Assembly: GCA_050251945.1 (NCBI GenBank) | Contig: JBFWLW010000001.1 | Span: 512,001-576,000, forward strand | Direction: 5' to 3' | DNA length: 64,000 nt | From: Deferribacterales bacterium | GTDB lineage: Bacteria > Chrysiogenota > Deferribacteres > Deferribacterales > Geovibrionaceae | Notes under the pieces: model-generated | The model's database searches: none | Seen by the model: only the letters and a program-made list of their open reading frames with translations | What the model was told of the DNA's origin: nothing | Made by a program: the position numbers and the translations under genes | Shown: positions 27,943 through 38,434 of the stretch, piece after piece | Position numbering within the stretch: the stretch's first letter is position 1 | How the letters are laid out: each line of letters opens with the position of its first letter

Positions 27943-30900
27943 ATGGCACTGAATCTTGAATACTATGTTTACGGAGATTTTGAAACAGTCGTAACAGCCT
28001 TCAAGCTGGTTGCCAGCATATTCCACAGCAATCTGTACCTGAGCTGGTTCACGGTTGTGATACTTTACAGCACAATAATCATCTTCTTTCACGGTGCGGC
28101 GGAAAATGCGCTAGGCGGTAAATTCTCCGACACGCTATGGGCAAAAAACATCATATACGGGGTGGTTTTATACTCAATTTTCATCGTTCCGACGGTAACG
28201 ATGCACATATATGATCCGGTAAAAAACAGGTATGAAGCTGTTGGAAATGTTCCTGTAGGTGTAGGTCTTGTCGCCGGCATGACATCAATGGCAATTCGGG
28301 AAGTGAACGAAATTATAGAGACAGCAGGCAGTCCCATCGTCAGAACAGATTTTATAGGCTTCGGCGACGGTTTTGAGATGCTGGCAACGACGGGGATTAT
28401 AGGAAACCTCGGAGCGATACAAGATCCTTTCCTCGCAAAAAGCATCTACAAATACATTGAGAACTGTTTTGATCAGGCGTATGCGTCCGGAGAAATAACT
28501 GATGCCGACATGTACAATTCAAACAATCTAATGAAGACAATTGAACTTGACTATAGGATGTTTTATTCGGACGTATTCGATGATGCACACCCCGGCGGGC
28601 AGCTTCTTGAGTGTGCCGATGCGTACGCAAACATAAAAACACGGCTTGTCGCACCGGCTTTCACAGAGAAGGTCATGACATCATTTTGCAGTAAGCTGGG
28701 TTATGATACGAGCAATGCGCAGGAATATATCTCATGCAAAAACAAATTCAGCGGAATGATAAACGCTTTCGGAAATAAGACAGGCTCAACGACAATCGCT
28801 GATTATGTTGCATCCAGTTTTATTGCCAGACAGTACCTGCAAGGACCGTTGAACGCCGGAGTTGAAACAGCCAAAGAAATCGCAAAGGGAATGGCAACGG
28901 CTTCCGATCTTATAGGCAGTAGCCTTGCCACTCAGTACATCCCAAAATTACAGGGGATGGTGGCAACCATTCTGATAAGCATTTTTATCATAGTCGCCCT
29001 ATTCTACAACGTTGCTCCGGCAGAGTCCTTCAAGTTTTATATCGGTCTCTGGCTGTGGCTTATGCTTTGGACGATATGCGACACAATCAGCAACGTAACG
29101 GTGCAGAATCTGGCATACAAAACGTTTCTGGATATCCGAGAAAGCAATTTGGGACTGAATGCCATGTTCATCACAGGCAAAGAGTCGGTCAAGGTTCTTG
29201 GCATGTTCGGTCAGGCACGGTGGATGAGCATGAGCCTTGCAAGCCTGCTCGCGGTGGGACTGTTCAAAGTAACGGGCGGCTCGGTCTTCGCCGGATTCAC
29301 ACGACAGATAGGCGCGAGCTATCAGCAGGCAGCAAGCTCCATGGGGGCGCAGATTGGAACCCCCGGAGATCAGGCGGCACTGCATAACAAGCTATACGAC
29401 CAGGCAGCCAACGATATACCCACATCCTTAACAAAGAACATGGCAAATTTAAATACAGACCGATTTGGGTACGAATCCAAACAGCACGCTCTGCAATCCT
29501 ATAACAGATCTATGTCGCAGGAATTTGGCGGAAGCAGCACAACGGCAGGCGGCGCTTTGGGCGATGCGGCGTCTGTGAAAAATCTCATGGATATTGGTTA
29601 TTCTCAACAAGCGATACAAGCTCTTGCAGGTTCAGGATACAACATACGAGACATTGGTGCGATGGGTGCACTGAAAGATACTCTCGGCAAAGTTGGTATG
29701 CTTGATGCGATGAATCAGGGAAAAGTTTCCAGAGACGACCTCCGCCAGATGGGTGAGTATGGGCTCCTCACGGATAAAGGGCGCACAGACGCGGCGAAAG
29801 AAATGTCAGAAACTCTGGGGATGGATTACAACGATGTTGTTAAAGCTATGCAGACCCAGACAGGGATGCAGAGCTATTTTCAGTTTAAAGGAGCAGAAAG
29901 AGCCGCAAAAGCCCTCAATATGGAAACAAAGGATGTATACCAAGCTGCGAACTCTAACGCCAATGTATCTCTGTCTGATGAGCAGGCAAAGGCGGCAGGA
30001 TTGTCAGCCGGTGCCGGAGCATACTCAATGTCATTCGATGAGAAAGGGGACGTTGTTTCAAGCCATATAGACCGAGGAAGCACGATGTCCGGAAATTTTG
30101 AAACACTCATGGTTCAAAACGGCAAAGAGCTTATGCCCCTCAAAAATGCCACCATAGAAGGCAAAGGAAAAGAAATGCTCATTACCGGCACGGATCAACA
30201 CGGCAACAAAGTAACCATGCTCGGTTACGGCAACCTTACCGGAAAAGACGGAAATAAGGGGCTTGCAGATTACGATGTTCTCAATTCAATGACAGCTGAA
30301 AGTAGCAAAGATAAGCTGTCTGTCAAGACAGACGACGGAAAAACTATCAACCTCACCGGAGCAAAACTCCGATATGATGGCGGAGCCGGCGGTGGAGTCT
30401 GGACTGCCGAAGGACATGAACAGGGATCAAAACAGTGGAAGACGTTCCGGGGTATCGGTGATTTCGACCAAAACGGTAACCTTGTCTTCAGCTCAATGGA
30501 TACCGGAAAAGGTACACAAGATAAGTCTACAACGGTAGACACCTCTGTAACTAACGATTCATCAGTTACCAATGATTCATCGGTAACAAACGATTCATCA
30601 GTAAATAACATCTCCGGAATAAAAAATAATTCTGTAGATAAAAATGAGTCCGGTCAACAGACTATTGTGTATGATGAAAATAAAATAGTTTATAACCACG
30701 GCTCAAACTACGGTAACGTCTTCCAAGGCGGTTTGGATAAAAAAGAGTCTAAAAACCTTGCAGAGGCAGCATGGGATACCGCATGGAGCAAGGAATCGTC
30801 ATGGGTTACAGGGCAAGGTGGTAAAAAGTATCTTAACAAAGAAGCATTTGGAAAGAACCTTGGTATCGAAATCAGGCAGCAAACCGCAGATATGAACAAT

Positions 30901-31443
30901 ACCATTGGTTCGTTCCTCAAAAATGAATCAACAGTTGACCACAAAGTCTATGATACTTTAGTTGGTAAAGTAACTGGTTCTGTGAGTGCAGGTACTCCGA
31001 AAGCGTTTACAGCAGCGACTGGCTTTGGAATTCAAGTTGACGCATCTGTATCACAGGATTGGGCAAAACAAAACTCATCAACCCAAAGTCATACTGCTAA
31101 TGATGTATATAAAACTATTCAAACAGACCATCTTAAAGCCATTGATGTTGCTAAAACAGAAAATGGTTACAACAAAAATACGTTTATCAGCGACTATTCG
31201 AGAAGGCTTAATGAAACTGCTACAAACTATGATGAAGCCAGTAAAGGAATTTCATCCTCTCCGGCACCAAAGGTTGAAACTCCTCCAACACCAGTGAAAA
31301 ATACTGCCCAAGAATCTGTTAAAATACCGGAGGCACCAAAGGTTTCTATGCCAACAATGAGCCTCTACAACCTGACAGGAGATGATAGCTCCAATACCCC
31401 AAGTACAGAAAAGCCTATGCCAAAGAAAGGTCAGGAAAAATAA
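27943..31443 (+). CDS. traG: TraG mating-pair stabilisation protein
   Basis: EYYVYGDFE start, VGNVPVGVGL, multi-TM N-half and long polar C-half; follows traH. Confidence 0.88.
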   Translation: MALNLEYYVYGDFETVVTAFKLVASIFHSNLYLSWFTVVILYSTIIIFFHGAAENALGGKFSDTLWAKNIIYGVVLYSIFIVPTVTMHIYDPVKNRYEAVGNVPVGVGLVAGMTSMAIREVNEIIETAGSPIVRTDFIGFGDGFEMLATTGIIGNLGAIQDPFLAKSIYKYIENCFDQAYASGEITDADMYNSNNLMKTIELDYRMFYSDVFDDAHPGGQLLECADAYANIKTRLVAPAFTEKVMTSFCSKLGYDTSNAQEYISCKNKFSGMINAFGNKTGSTTIADYVASSFIARQYLQGPLNAGVETAKEIAKGMATASDLIGSSLATQYIPKLQGMVATILISIFIIVALFYNVAPAESFKFYIGLWLWLMLWTICDTISNVTVQNLAYKTFLDIRESNLGLNAMFITGKESVKVLGMFGQARWMSMSLASLLAVGLFKVTGGSVFAGFTRQIGASYQQAASSMGAQIGTPGDQAALHNKLYDQAANDIPTSLTKNMANLNTDRFGYESKQHALQSYNRSMSQEFGGSSTTAGGALGDAASVKNLMDIGYSQQAIQALAGSGYNIRDIGAMGALKDTLGKVGMLDAMNQGKVSRDDLRQMGEYGLLTDKGRTDAAKEMSETLGMDYNDVVKAMQTQTGMQSYFQFKGAERAAKALNMETKDVYQAANSNANVSLSDEQAKAAGLSAGAGAYSMSFDEKGDVVSSHIDRGSTMSGNFETLMVQNGKELMPLKNATIEGKGKEMLITGTDQHGNKVTMLGYGNLTGKDGNKGLADYDVLNSMTAESSKDKLSVKTDDGKTINLTGAKLRYDGGAGGGVWTAEGHEQGSKQWKTFRGIGDFDQNGNLVFSSMDTGKGTQDKSTTVDTSVTNDSSVTNDSSVTNDSSVNNISGIKNNSVDKNESGQQTIVYDENKIVYNHGSNYGNVFQGGLDKKESKNLAEAAWDTAWSKESSWVTGQGGKKYLNKEAFGKNLGIEIRQQTADMNNTIGSFLKNESTVDHKVYDTLVGKVTGSVSAGTPKAFTAATGFGIQVDASVSQDWAKQNSSTQSHTANDVYKTIQTDHLKAIDVAKTENGYNKNTFISDYSRRLNETATNYDEASKGISSSPAPKVETPPTPVKNTAQESVKIPEAPKVSMPTMSLYNLTGDDSSNTPSTEKPMPKKGQEK

Positions 31444-31467
31444 TAGGTGGAATGAGGTAGAAACAGG

Positions 31468-31499
31468 AAAGCCCGTTGGCTGAACACTAACGGGCTTTT
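31468..31499. terminator. Bidirectional terminator between traG and the convergent small gene
   Basis: AAAGCCCGTTGG...CTAACGGGCTTTT. Confidence 0.7.
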
Positions 31500-31707
31500 A
31501 GTTGTTTATCGGGTGGCATGGGTTAGCTCTATCAGAAGCTCCATCATCAATGGGACTGCTCCTATCAAACTCAAGCCCATAATCAGTAATGCCGTTTTTT
31601 CTTGCTTCATCCATTGCTCTGTTCATTAAGAAACGTACAACAAGAGCAACAGCCAGAAGAACCACTATAAAAACTATGTGAAAAGTTTCAAGTCCGAACA
31701 TCTTCAA
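31498..31707 (-). CDS. Small membrane protein, candidate entry-exclusion factor
   Basis: One TM; convergent with traG; GGAGG RBS; promoter TTGACT-N16-TATACT at 31750-31723. Confidence 0.5.
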   Translation of the reverse strand: MKMFGLETFHIVFIVVLLAVALVVRFLMNRAMDEARKNGITDYGLEFDRSSPIDDGASDRANPCHPINN

Positions 31708-31944
31708 CCTCCTTCATAGTTAAGTATAGTCCTTTCCAGAAAGAAGTCAATAGTAAATTACTTTTAAATTCCAGATAGTTACCTGATTTTTACCTAAAAA
31801 AATCAGGTAAAATTTCCACCTCGAAAAACTTTTAAAACATTTTTTCAACTTGCCATATATTTCTTATGCGTATAAAAATACACGCATACGCAATTATTAT
31901 ATTGAATTAATCATTTATTTATAAATTGCAAAATAGGTAAAAAA

Positions 31945-34767
31945 ATGAATGACGAGAAATTATACTATGATAACAAAGATTTAAAGCTCAAATATGGTAT
32001 TGAACATATTGAAACAAAAGATGGATATCATTATATCAAATACAAAAATAATGAACAAACATATCCTTATAAATCATCTAGATTAATAATTTTCAATGTA
32101 TTAGAAACTTATAAACAGGGAGAAGCCTACGCTTATATCCAGAAGCAACCTGTTATGTTCAAAAAATTATCACTGCTTTCCGAAGAATTTTCAAATGAGA
32201 AATATATTCTCATTTATAACGATGAGAATGAAAGGCTATATAAAAATGAAGAGCTAACCTTGTACTTTCCTGACAAAAAGAACAGCAAATGTCTTGAATA
32301 TTTTAAAGAAGTTGCAATGCTTGTTGGTTCTCTTCAAACTAATCCTGAAGCTGAAACGATAAATGTCTTACAACGCCAATATGAACAAATAACCAGCATC
32401 GCTCCTCATACAGTGTTGGGAAGCTTCACAAGCAGAACTAAAAAAGAAATATCGGCAAAATCGAAGAAGGCAATATTTCCTTTTAGCTATAATTATAATC
32501 AAAAACTAGCTGTACAAAAAGCAGTAAATAGCCATATTTCATCAATTAAAGGACCTCCTGGCACTGGTAAAACTCAAACTATATTAAATATTATCGCCAA
32601 TCTTATAATGTCGAATAAAACGATTGCTGTTGTATCAAATAATAATACTGCGATACAAAATATTTATGATAAATATCAAGCATGTGGTTTGAGCTTTTTC
32701 TTAGCTTTGTTAGGCAAAAACGAGAACATTGACAATTTCATAATAAATCAATCTAAAAATGAACTCAATTTAGAAAGTTGGCAACTTGATAGTAAGCAAT
32801 ATGAAGAATTGGAGTTAGAACTAAATAACTTAGACGATGAAATAGACAAAATTCTTCGGTTAAAGACTAAATTGGCATCATTTAAGAATAAACTTAAAGA
32901 ACTTGACACCGAAGTGTTCTTTTTCCAAAAATATTTAAATAATAGGACAACAGCCACAATAAAATTAAAAAACTCAAACCAACATAGTAACTTCTTTTTC
33001 GAATATAACAACGCTTTGATTAAAGGTAATGTTTCATTTATTTTCAAAACAATACAATCAATAAAATACAGACAATCGCTTTATCACTTTCTTAAAGAAA
33101 AAGCCATAACCGTTAATAATTCACTACAAAATGGTTATTATATTCAAAGGAAAAATGAAATAGAGCGTTTGATTGATAAATATTCAAAAATTATTGAAAA
33201 CGCTAATATTGATGAAAAAATGAAAGAATATACAGACAAATCAATGCTTTTATTTAAAGCACATCTTACTAAACGATTTAAAAAACAAAAAAACATATTT
33301 TGCCATGATGATTTGAAATGGAAATCAGCAAAATTCGTTGAAAGTTATCCTGTTATTTTCAGCACAACACATTCACTAAAAAAATCCCTTTCTCCTGATT
33401 ATATTTATGATTATTTGATAATTGATGAAGCCTCCCAAATAGACATTATCGCAGGTGCTTTAGCAATGTCGTGTGCAGAAAATCTTGTTATTGTTGGAGA
33501 TACCAAACAGCTACCCAACATTATAGATAGCGATAAAAGAAAAGAGGCACACGAAATTTTTAACAAATATCAACTTGAGCAGGGATATGATTACAGCCGT
33601 TACAATCTAATGTCATCAATGAATGTACTATTCCCGGAACTTGAAGAAGAAGCCATTCTTTTAAATGAACACTTCCGATGTCATCCGATGATAATAGGCT
33701 TTTGTAACAGCAGATTTTACAATAACCAACTCGTCCCTATGACCAACCATGAAGATAATGATCATCCTATGACAGTATATAAAACTGTAAAACACCCTAA
33801 GCTGTGTGAATATGAAGGCAAGTCACCTTATAACTCAAGACAGGCGAATTTAATAGAAAAAGAAATTATATATTCTAATTCTTTCAACATCAAAGACAAT
33901 TCAGTTGGGATTATCACTCCATTTAGAGCACAGGTAGATGAAATCAAAAGAATAGTCTCTGAAACTGGACAAACAGAAATAGATACCATACATAAATTTC
34001 AAGGGAGAGAAAAAGATATTATTATTTTTTCAACAGTAAAAGACAAACTTGAAAACGGATTCATCGATGAACCGATGATCAATGTTGCGGTATCCAGAGC
34101 TATAAAACAATTTTACATTGTAATACCAGAGAATGAAAAAAATATAACCAATACTGTAATCAATGATCTTATAGGGTATATACGACATAACAAATTAGAA
34201 GTCATCGACAGTTCGCTATATTCTATATTTGATTTATTTTATAAAGAATATTCAGATAGACTAAACGCATACCATGAGGAATACATTAAAAACTATAAAG
34301 ATGACAACGATATTATGTCTGAAAAATTAATTCAGATGTTGCTGGATGAGTTGCTCGCCTTAAACGAGCTGAGTGGTTTAAAATACCTTAGAAACTATCC
34401 CTTGTATCTAATATTTGACGTTGATTCTAATGAAATTCCGTTAGATGTCAGAGAAAAAGAGTTTATACAAAATACACTTTCTCATATAGATTTTATAATT
34501 ATAAACAATTGCGATAAAACACCATTACTAGGAATTGAAGTGGATGGAAGTTATCACCTGCACGACAGTAAACAAAGAGAAAGAGACTCTGTAAAAGATT
34601 CAATATTCAAAAAGCACAATATCCCACTTCTTAGGCTGTCAACCCGAAGAAGCACAAACGAAAAAGAAAGAATACTCTTTGAGTTATACAAAATAAGGGG
34701 TATTAAGAGTGAATCACTCCACCCAATACTCCTTAATCCTCTGAAAGTGAACCATGAGACGTCTTGA
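31945..34767 (+). CDS. SF1 (UPF1/DNA2-like) helicase with C-terminal DUF2726-like nuclease domain
   Basis: GPPGTGKT, IIDEASQ, GDTKQL, HFRCHP, TIHKFQGRE, NVAVSRA; C-terminal HIDF...IEVDGSYH...RDSVKDSIF. Confidence 0.88.
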   Translation: MNDEKLYYDNKDLKLKYGIEHIETKDGYHYIKYKNNEQTYPYKSSRLIIFNVLETYKQGEAYAYIQKQPVMFKKLSLLSEEFSNEKYILIYNDENERLYKNEELTLYFPDKKNSKCLEYFKEVAMLVGSLQTNPEAETINVLQRQYEQITSIAPHTVLGSFTSRTKKEISAKSKKAIFPFSYNYNQKLAVQKAVNSHISSIKGPPGTGKTQTILNIIANLIMSNKTIAVVSNNNTAIQNIYDKYQACGLSFFLALLGKNENIDNFIINQSKNELNLESWQLDSKQYEELELELNNLDDEIDKILRLKTKLASFKNKLKELDTEVFFFQKYLNNRTTATIKLKNSNQHSNFFFEYNNALIKGNVSFIFKTIQSIKYRQSLYHFLKEKAITVNNSLQNGYYIQRKNEIERLIDKYSKIIENANIDEKMKEYTDKSMLLFKAHLTKRFKKQKNIFCHDDLKWKSAKFVESYPVIFSTTHSLKKSLSPDYIYDYLIIDEASQIDIIAGALAMSCAENLVIVGDTKQLPNIIDSDKRKEAHEIFNKYQLEQGYDYSRYNLMSSMNVLFPELEEEAILLNEHFRCHPMIIGFCNSRFYNNQLVPMTNHEDNDHPMTVYKTVKHPKLCEYEGKSPYNSRQANLIEKEIIYSNSFNIKDNSVGIITPFRAQVDEIKRIVSETGQTEIDTIHKFQGREKDIIIFSTVKDKLENGFIDEPMINVAVSRAIKQFYIVIPENEKNITNTVINDLIGYIRHNKLEVIDSSLYSIFDLFYKEYSDRLNAYHEEYIKNYKDDNDIMSEKLIQMLLDELLALNELSGLKYLRNYPLYLIFDVDSNEIPLDVREKEFIQNTLSHIDFIIINNCDKTPLLGIEVDGSYHLHDSKQRERDSVKDSIFKKHNIPLLRLSTRRSTNEKERILFELYKIRGIKSESLHPILLNPLKVNHETS

Positions 34768-35232
34768 CTGGATGATACCCTTATCCTCCAGCTTACGGAC
34801 GGTTCTCCGTAAAGTCTCTTCAGATTTAAACGGAAAGCGTCTCAACCACTCTGCATACGTTATCTGCACCCTCTTCTTTCCTGACTCCTGAATCATGGTT
34901 TGGAGCTGATGAAGCACAACCGCTTCGTTGTAACCGAGCTTGTTTATCTGCTCCTGTGTGGGATTAGCGAAGGATGGCAGACACTGCGCCGCCGGTGCTG
35001 ACGGAATAACCGGAACAGAGGGAACGGCGGTCAGAATCTCTGCCACCTCCATTATCCCGGATGATTCCAGCTCCTCCATGTAGACGGCGATATCGTCCCT
35101 GCTCTGTCCGGTGAGAACGGATATCTCGTCCACGTTCAGATCCTTCTCTTTGTACCTGATTAAACTCCTCACGAAGTTAACATCTCTGCCGGAAGCGTTC
35201 AGTCTGGAAACGACCTCCTGATATGCCCTCAC
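34714..35232 (-). CDS. HTH protein with a C-terminal domain paralogous to the Rep N-terminal wHTH
   Basis: LGYNEAVVLHQLQ...ITYAEWLRRFPFKSEETLRRTVRKLEDKGII. Confidence 0.65.
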   Translation of the reverse strand: MRAYQEVVSRLNASGRDVNFVRSLIRYKEKDLNVDEISVLTGQSRDDIAVYMEELESSGIMEVAEILTAVPSVPVIPSAPAAQCLPSFANPTQEQINKLGYNEAVVLHQLQTMIQESGKKRVQITYAEWLRRFPFKSEETLRRTVRKLEDKGIIQSRRLMVHFQRIKEYWVE

Positions 35233-35242
35233 AGCGGCGATT

Positions 35243-36067
35243 TTAACATGGGAAACGCTCTAAATATGCTTCTATTGTTTCAATAATAGTACGAGCTTTG
35301 AACACAACTCCCAAATCAAGCGTTTCATTATGCTCAATTACTTCTTTCTGGTTAGATACTTTTTTAAGCTCTATGAGTTCCTTCATTGTATAAGTGCTTG
35401 CTACAATACCAATAAAAACAACGCGAGAACCAAAAAGCAACTTCCCTTGTGACATAAATATATTCTGATCATATATAAAAACTGGGCTTCCACTTGAACC
35501 ACCAAACACTGAAGCATCAATGAGAAAACAAGGCTTGCCTTCATAGTCAATTCCTATTGGAGAAGCTGTAATGCCTCGTCGAACAACTGGCAAATAATTT
35601 TTACTATCCCAAATCCCTTTTGGATAACCTACAAATATAATCGACTCAATGGAACTAGAGTCTTTAATCTGTTCTGGCGAAATAGTTATGTTTTTATCAA
35701 TACACATCAAGAATGGTTTTAAATCCTCAAGAGTTTTATTATTTATTATCGGTCCCATAGGGAATATTGCTACATCTATAGTGGAATCTGGGTGACCAAA
35801 ATAAAAATGCTCTAAATTGTCTGATAATTTATACTCTATCTTTTCTCCTAATATCGGTTCCATATTATCATGTTTAAGAAAAGTTAAATTCAATTCTGCA
35901 GCATTTATGACCACGTGTTTATTAGTAACAACAAAAACAACATGTTTATTATCATGATCGTATGAGTATAAAAAACCCGTACCTTGACCAGTTTGACCAT
36001 CTTTGTATACGCACTCAATGCGCACTGTAGTGAAAAATAGTTGTTCAGTAATATTTTTTTGATACAT
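35243..36067 (-). CDS. Trypsin-like serine protease
   Basis: GTGF, VTNKHV, DVAI, GGSSGSPV. Confidence 0.88.
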   Translation of the reverse strand: MYQKNITEQLFFTTVRIECVYKDGQTGQGTGFLYSYDHDNKHVVFVVTNKHVVINAAELNLTFLKHDNMEPILGEKIEYKLSDNLEHFYFGHPDSTIDVAIFPMGPIINNKTLEDLKPFLMCIDKNITISPEQIKDSSSIESIIFVGYPKGIWDSKNYLPVVRRGITASPIGIDYEGKPCFLIDASVFGGSSGSPVFIYDQNIFMSQGKLLFGSRVVFIGIVASTYTMKELIELKKVSNQKEVIEHNETLDLGVVFKARTIIETIEAYLERFPC

Positions 36068-36079
36068 GATTGTTAGTCC

Positions 36080-36388
36080 TCACTTTTTTAAAAAACGCTC
36101 ATACGGAAAATCTTCATAACCCATGTACATTACATAACCAACGTAATTACCATATTTAACTGATCTTGCACTCTGCACAGAAGGAGTAAAGCTCGATTTT
36201 CTGCGTGACTTCTTGTTTTTATCGGTAATTAGCCTATTATCATTAATTATCTCACCTAAATACTTGCCGTCAGAGTCATAAACTTCTTCATCGTAAAATT
36301 TCCCCACATGCTTTCCATCATGTGTCCAAAGATTATTTCCAGCCCTGTATCCGAAACAAATTCCACTCCATGTCCAAAGCCATTCCAT
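36080..36388 (-). CDS. Small beta-repeat (4-fold beta-flower-like) protein
   Basis: Repeats LWTWSGICFG / LWTHDGKHVG / VYDSDGKYLG. Confidence 0.6.
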   Translation of the reverse strand: MEWLWTWSGICFGYRAGNNLWTHDGKHVGKFYDEEVYDSDGKYLGEIINDNRLITDKNKKSRRKSSFTPSVQSARSVKYGNYVGYVMYMGYEDFPYERFLKK

Positions 36389-36628
36389 GTTATCACCCTA
36401 TACTGTAGTAATCTGAGTATATAACAATTGGAGTCATTTATCAAATACCGCTTTAAATCACTTATATTGACTGTATTTTAAGATTGCTGACAAATTTGGC
36501 GTAAATCGCTTGTCACTATTTTAAATATTGTAGTAGAATGGCAACTGAAATTAAGAATGACGGCATTTTAGAAAGGACAGCCCCGAAATGCTACCAACAT
36601 CCGGGGCGAGTAATTCAAAGGAGGTATT

Positions 36629-36709
36629 ATGCATACCCTTTGGATTGTGATCCTGCTTCTGAAAGTGGTGATTATCGTCCTTGAGGTAATTCAGAAATTA
36701 CGATTCTGA
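36629..36709 (+). CDS. 26-aa hydrophobic peptide, candidate type I toxin
   Basis: AAGGAGG RBS; MHTLWIVILLLKVVIIVLEVIQKLRF. Confidence 0.5.
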   Translation: MHTLWIVILLLKVVIIVLEVIQKLRF

Positions 36710-36870
36710 TAACATCATCAAGGTTATAATCTGAAATGAGCGGGTAGGTCATTGCAATTTGACCTGTTCGAATACCGCATTTTGACCGCCTGCTCTGCCA
36801 CAAACATACAATATTTTACGCAAGCAAGCAATCGAAAATACGTATACCGTATTTCTTTTAATGCCTACTC

Positions 36871-38004
36871 TTATTCGCTCAAATCAACCATTGAAATTTG
36901 CAGTATGTTCATAATGAAAGAATCAACTCTGAGAAAGATGGCTTGAACTTGCTTATCTGTCAGACCTATCTCAGGCTCATGTATACGATTAAACAGAGCA
37001 TAAAGTTTCAACAATGCCATAGTATCATGAGTCATGAACTCAGAAAAAGGTCCGCTATTAATTTCTCTACAGATATAAAGAATCCTTGCTCGACGGGTTG
37101 GTTTATCTTCATGCAATAAATCCTTTTTTACAGTCTGTTGCTCAATCCATGTGATCACATGTTCATTGGGTGCTAATTGCCAAAGCAAATGATTCCACAG
37201 CTCTCTGAGTGAACTCAAAACATGTCTTGTTCGATCAGGATTGTTACCACTAAATGCTTCTCTGGCACCTATATAAATTCTCGCCAGCCCCGGATCGAAT
37301 TGCTGAAGGAGAAAAATGCAGTTCGATGTTTCAGCTCTTACCTCATCAATAAGCTTAGCTTCTTCCTCTTCCTGTTCTTCTTCCTCCCATACTTGCAAAG
37401 CTTTAAGAACAACTCCTGTTGTGAGTATCTCACGAGTAGCCCCTGGCAACACGAAAGAAGGTAGGCGCATAATGTCTGGGATATCTTGTAGTGATTCTGT
37501 AAAACGTCCATATGAATTATAAACACGGCCGATTGACTTTCCCAATTCTGAAATGGACGACATTTTAACCTGATAACGACTTCCGATAGTTCCTAAATTT
37601 ACACCTGAGACGAGCTTTTCCGCAGCCTCAAACCGATGTATGGTACAACCCAAAGATAACTTAGCTGAAGCTTGAATCTGCTGCAGGTTTGCTAAGCTAC
37701 TCTGAACGGAACCAATAGATCCTAACCATGTCTTATGTATATCTGTAGTCAACTCACCCATGCGACTTGTTATGGCACTTTGTTCAGCTAACCTCTGCAA
37801 ATGTTTATTGACAGTTGCCATCTCAAGTACCCGTCCGATTGTTCCTGATATTTCCAAAGCACGACCAATGCCCGAACGTTGGAACTCAAAAAGCCGCATT
37901 GCGCCACCCATTTGATCATTCATCCTGACTATTTGTCTGATGACTTCTGATTCCTGGTAAACCCTATTAATAGCACCTATGTTTTTAAGAAAATTATCCT
38001 TCAT
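36871..38004 (-). CDS. Protein with C-terminal pPIWI-associated nuclease-like (HEPN-like) domain
   Basis: GAREAFSGNNPDRTRHVLSSLRELWNHLLWQLAP...KPTRRARILYI. Confidence 0.6.
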   Translation of the reverse strand: MKDNFLKNIGAINRVYQESEVIRQIVRMNDQMGGAMRLFEFQRSGIGRALEISGTIGRVLEMATVNKHLQRLAEQSAITSRMGELTTDIHKTWLGSIGSVQSSLANLQQIQASAKLSLGCTIHRFEAAEKLVSGVNLGTIGSRYQVKMSSISELGKSIGRVYNSYGRFTESLQDIPDIMRLPSFVLPGATREILTTGVVLKALQVWEEEEQEEEEAKLIDEVRAETSNCIFLLQQFDPGLARIYIGAREAFSGNNPDRTRHVLSSLRELWNHLLWQLAPNEHVITWIEQQTVKKDLLHEDKPTRRARILYICREINSGPFSEFMTHDTMALLKLYALFNRIHEPEIGLTDKQVQAIFLRVDSFIMNILQISMVDLSE

Positions 38005-38006
38005 GA

Positions 38007-38381
38007 CTAATTAGCATCGCCTTTGGGTTTAGTGATTTTAAAAAATACCGTAAAACCCGCTAAACCCAAAATGCCACCAAACGTACTTATCATTGCGTAA
38101 TTTGGGTTATCTGAAATAAAACCAGCCATGGAAAAGCATCCTAACCCCACACCGCGGAAAAACCAATCTGATGCTCTGTGACCATAACCTTTCGCTAATA
38201 GAGCTACTGTTAATCCTACAGCCACGGCAATAATAATAGCCCACATGCCAAATGGTAACATAACCACCTCCGAATAATTCAATACATTTTTCCCTATATT
38301 ATGACACACTTTTTCCGTAATATATTCAAAATGATAATAATATGATTTCAAGCCCTCAAGAGTAGTTGCGTCATATTTCAT
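38007..38381 (-). CDS. Hypothetical membrane protein
   Basis: Three hydrophobic segments; start uncertain. Confidence 0.55.
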   Translation of the reverse strand: MKYDATTLEGLKSYYYHFEYITEKVCHNIGKNVLNYSEVVMLPFGMWAIIIAVAVGLTVALLAKGYGHRASDWFFRGVGLGCFSMAGFISDNPNYAMISTFGGILGLAGFTVFFKITKPKGDAN

Positions 38382-38434
38382 AAAACATATTGAATTATTG
38401 CGTCATTTTGGTATATTAGTTCAAGGAGGTAATC

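Noticed and set aside
30541..30610. 18-bp repeats in traG (SVTNDS x3)
   Set aside because: Codons are degenerate, so this is a protein-level low-complexity repeat typical of TraG tails.
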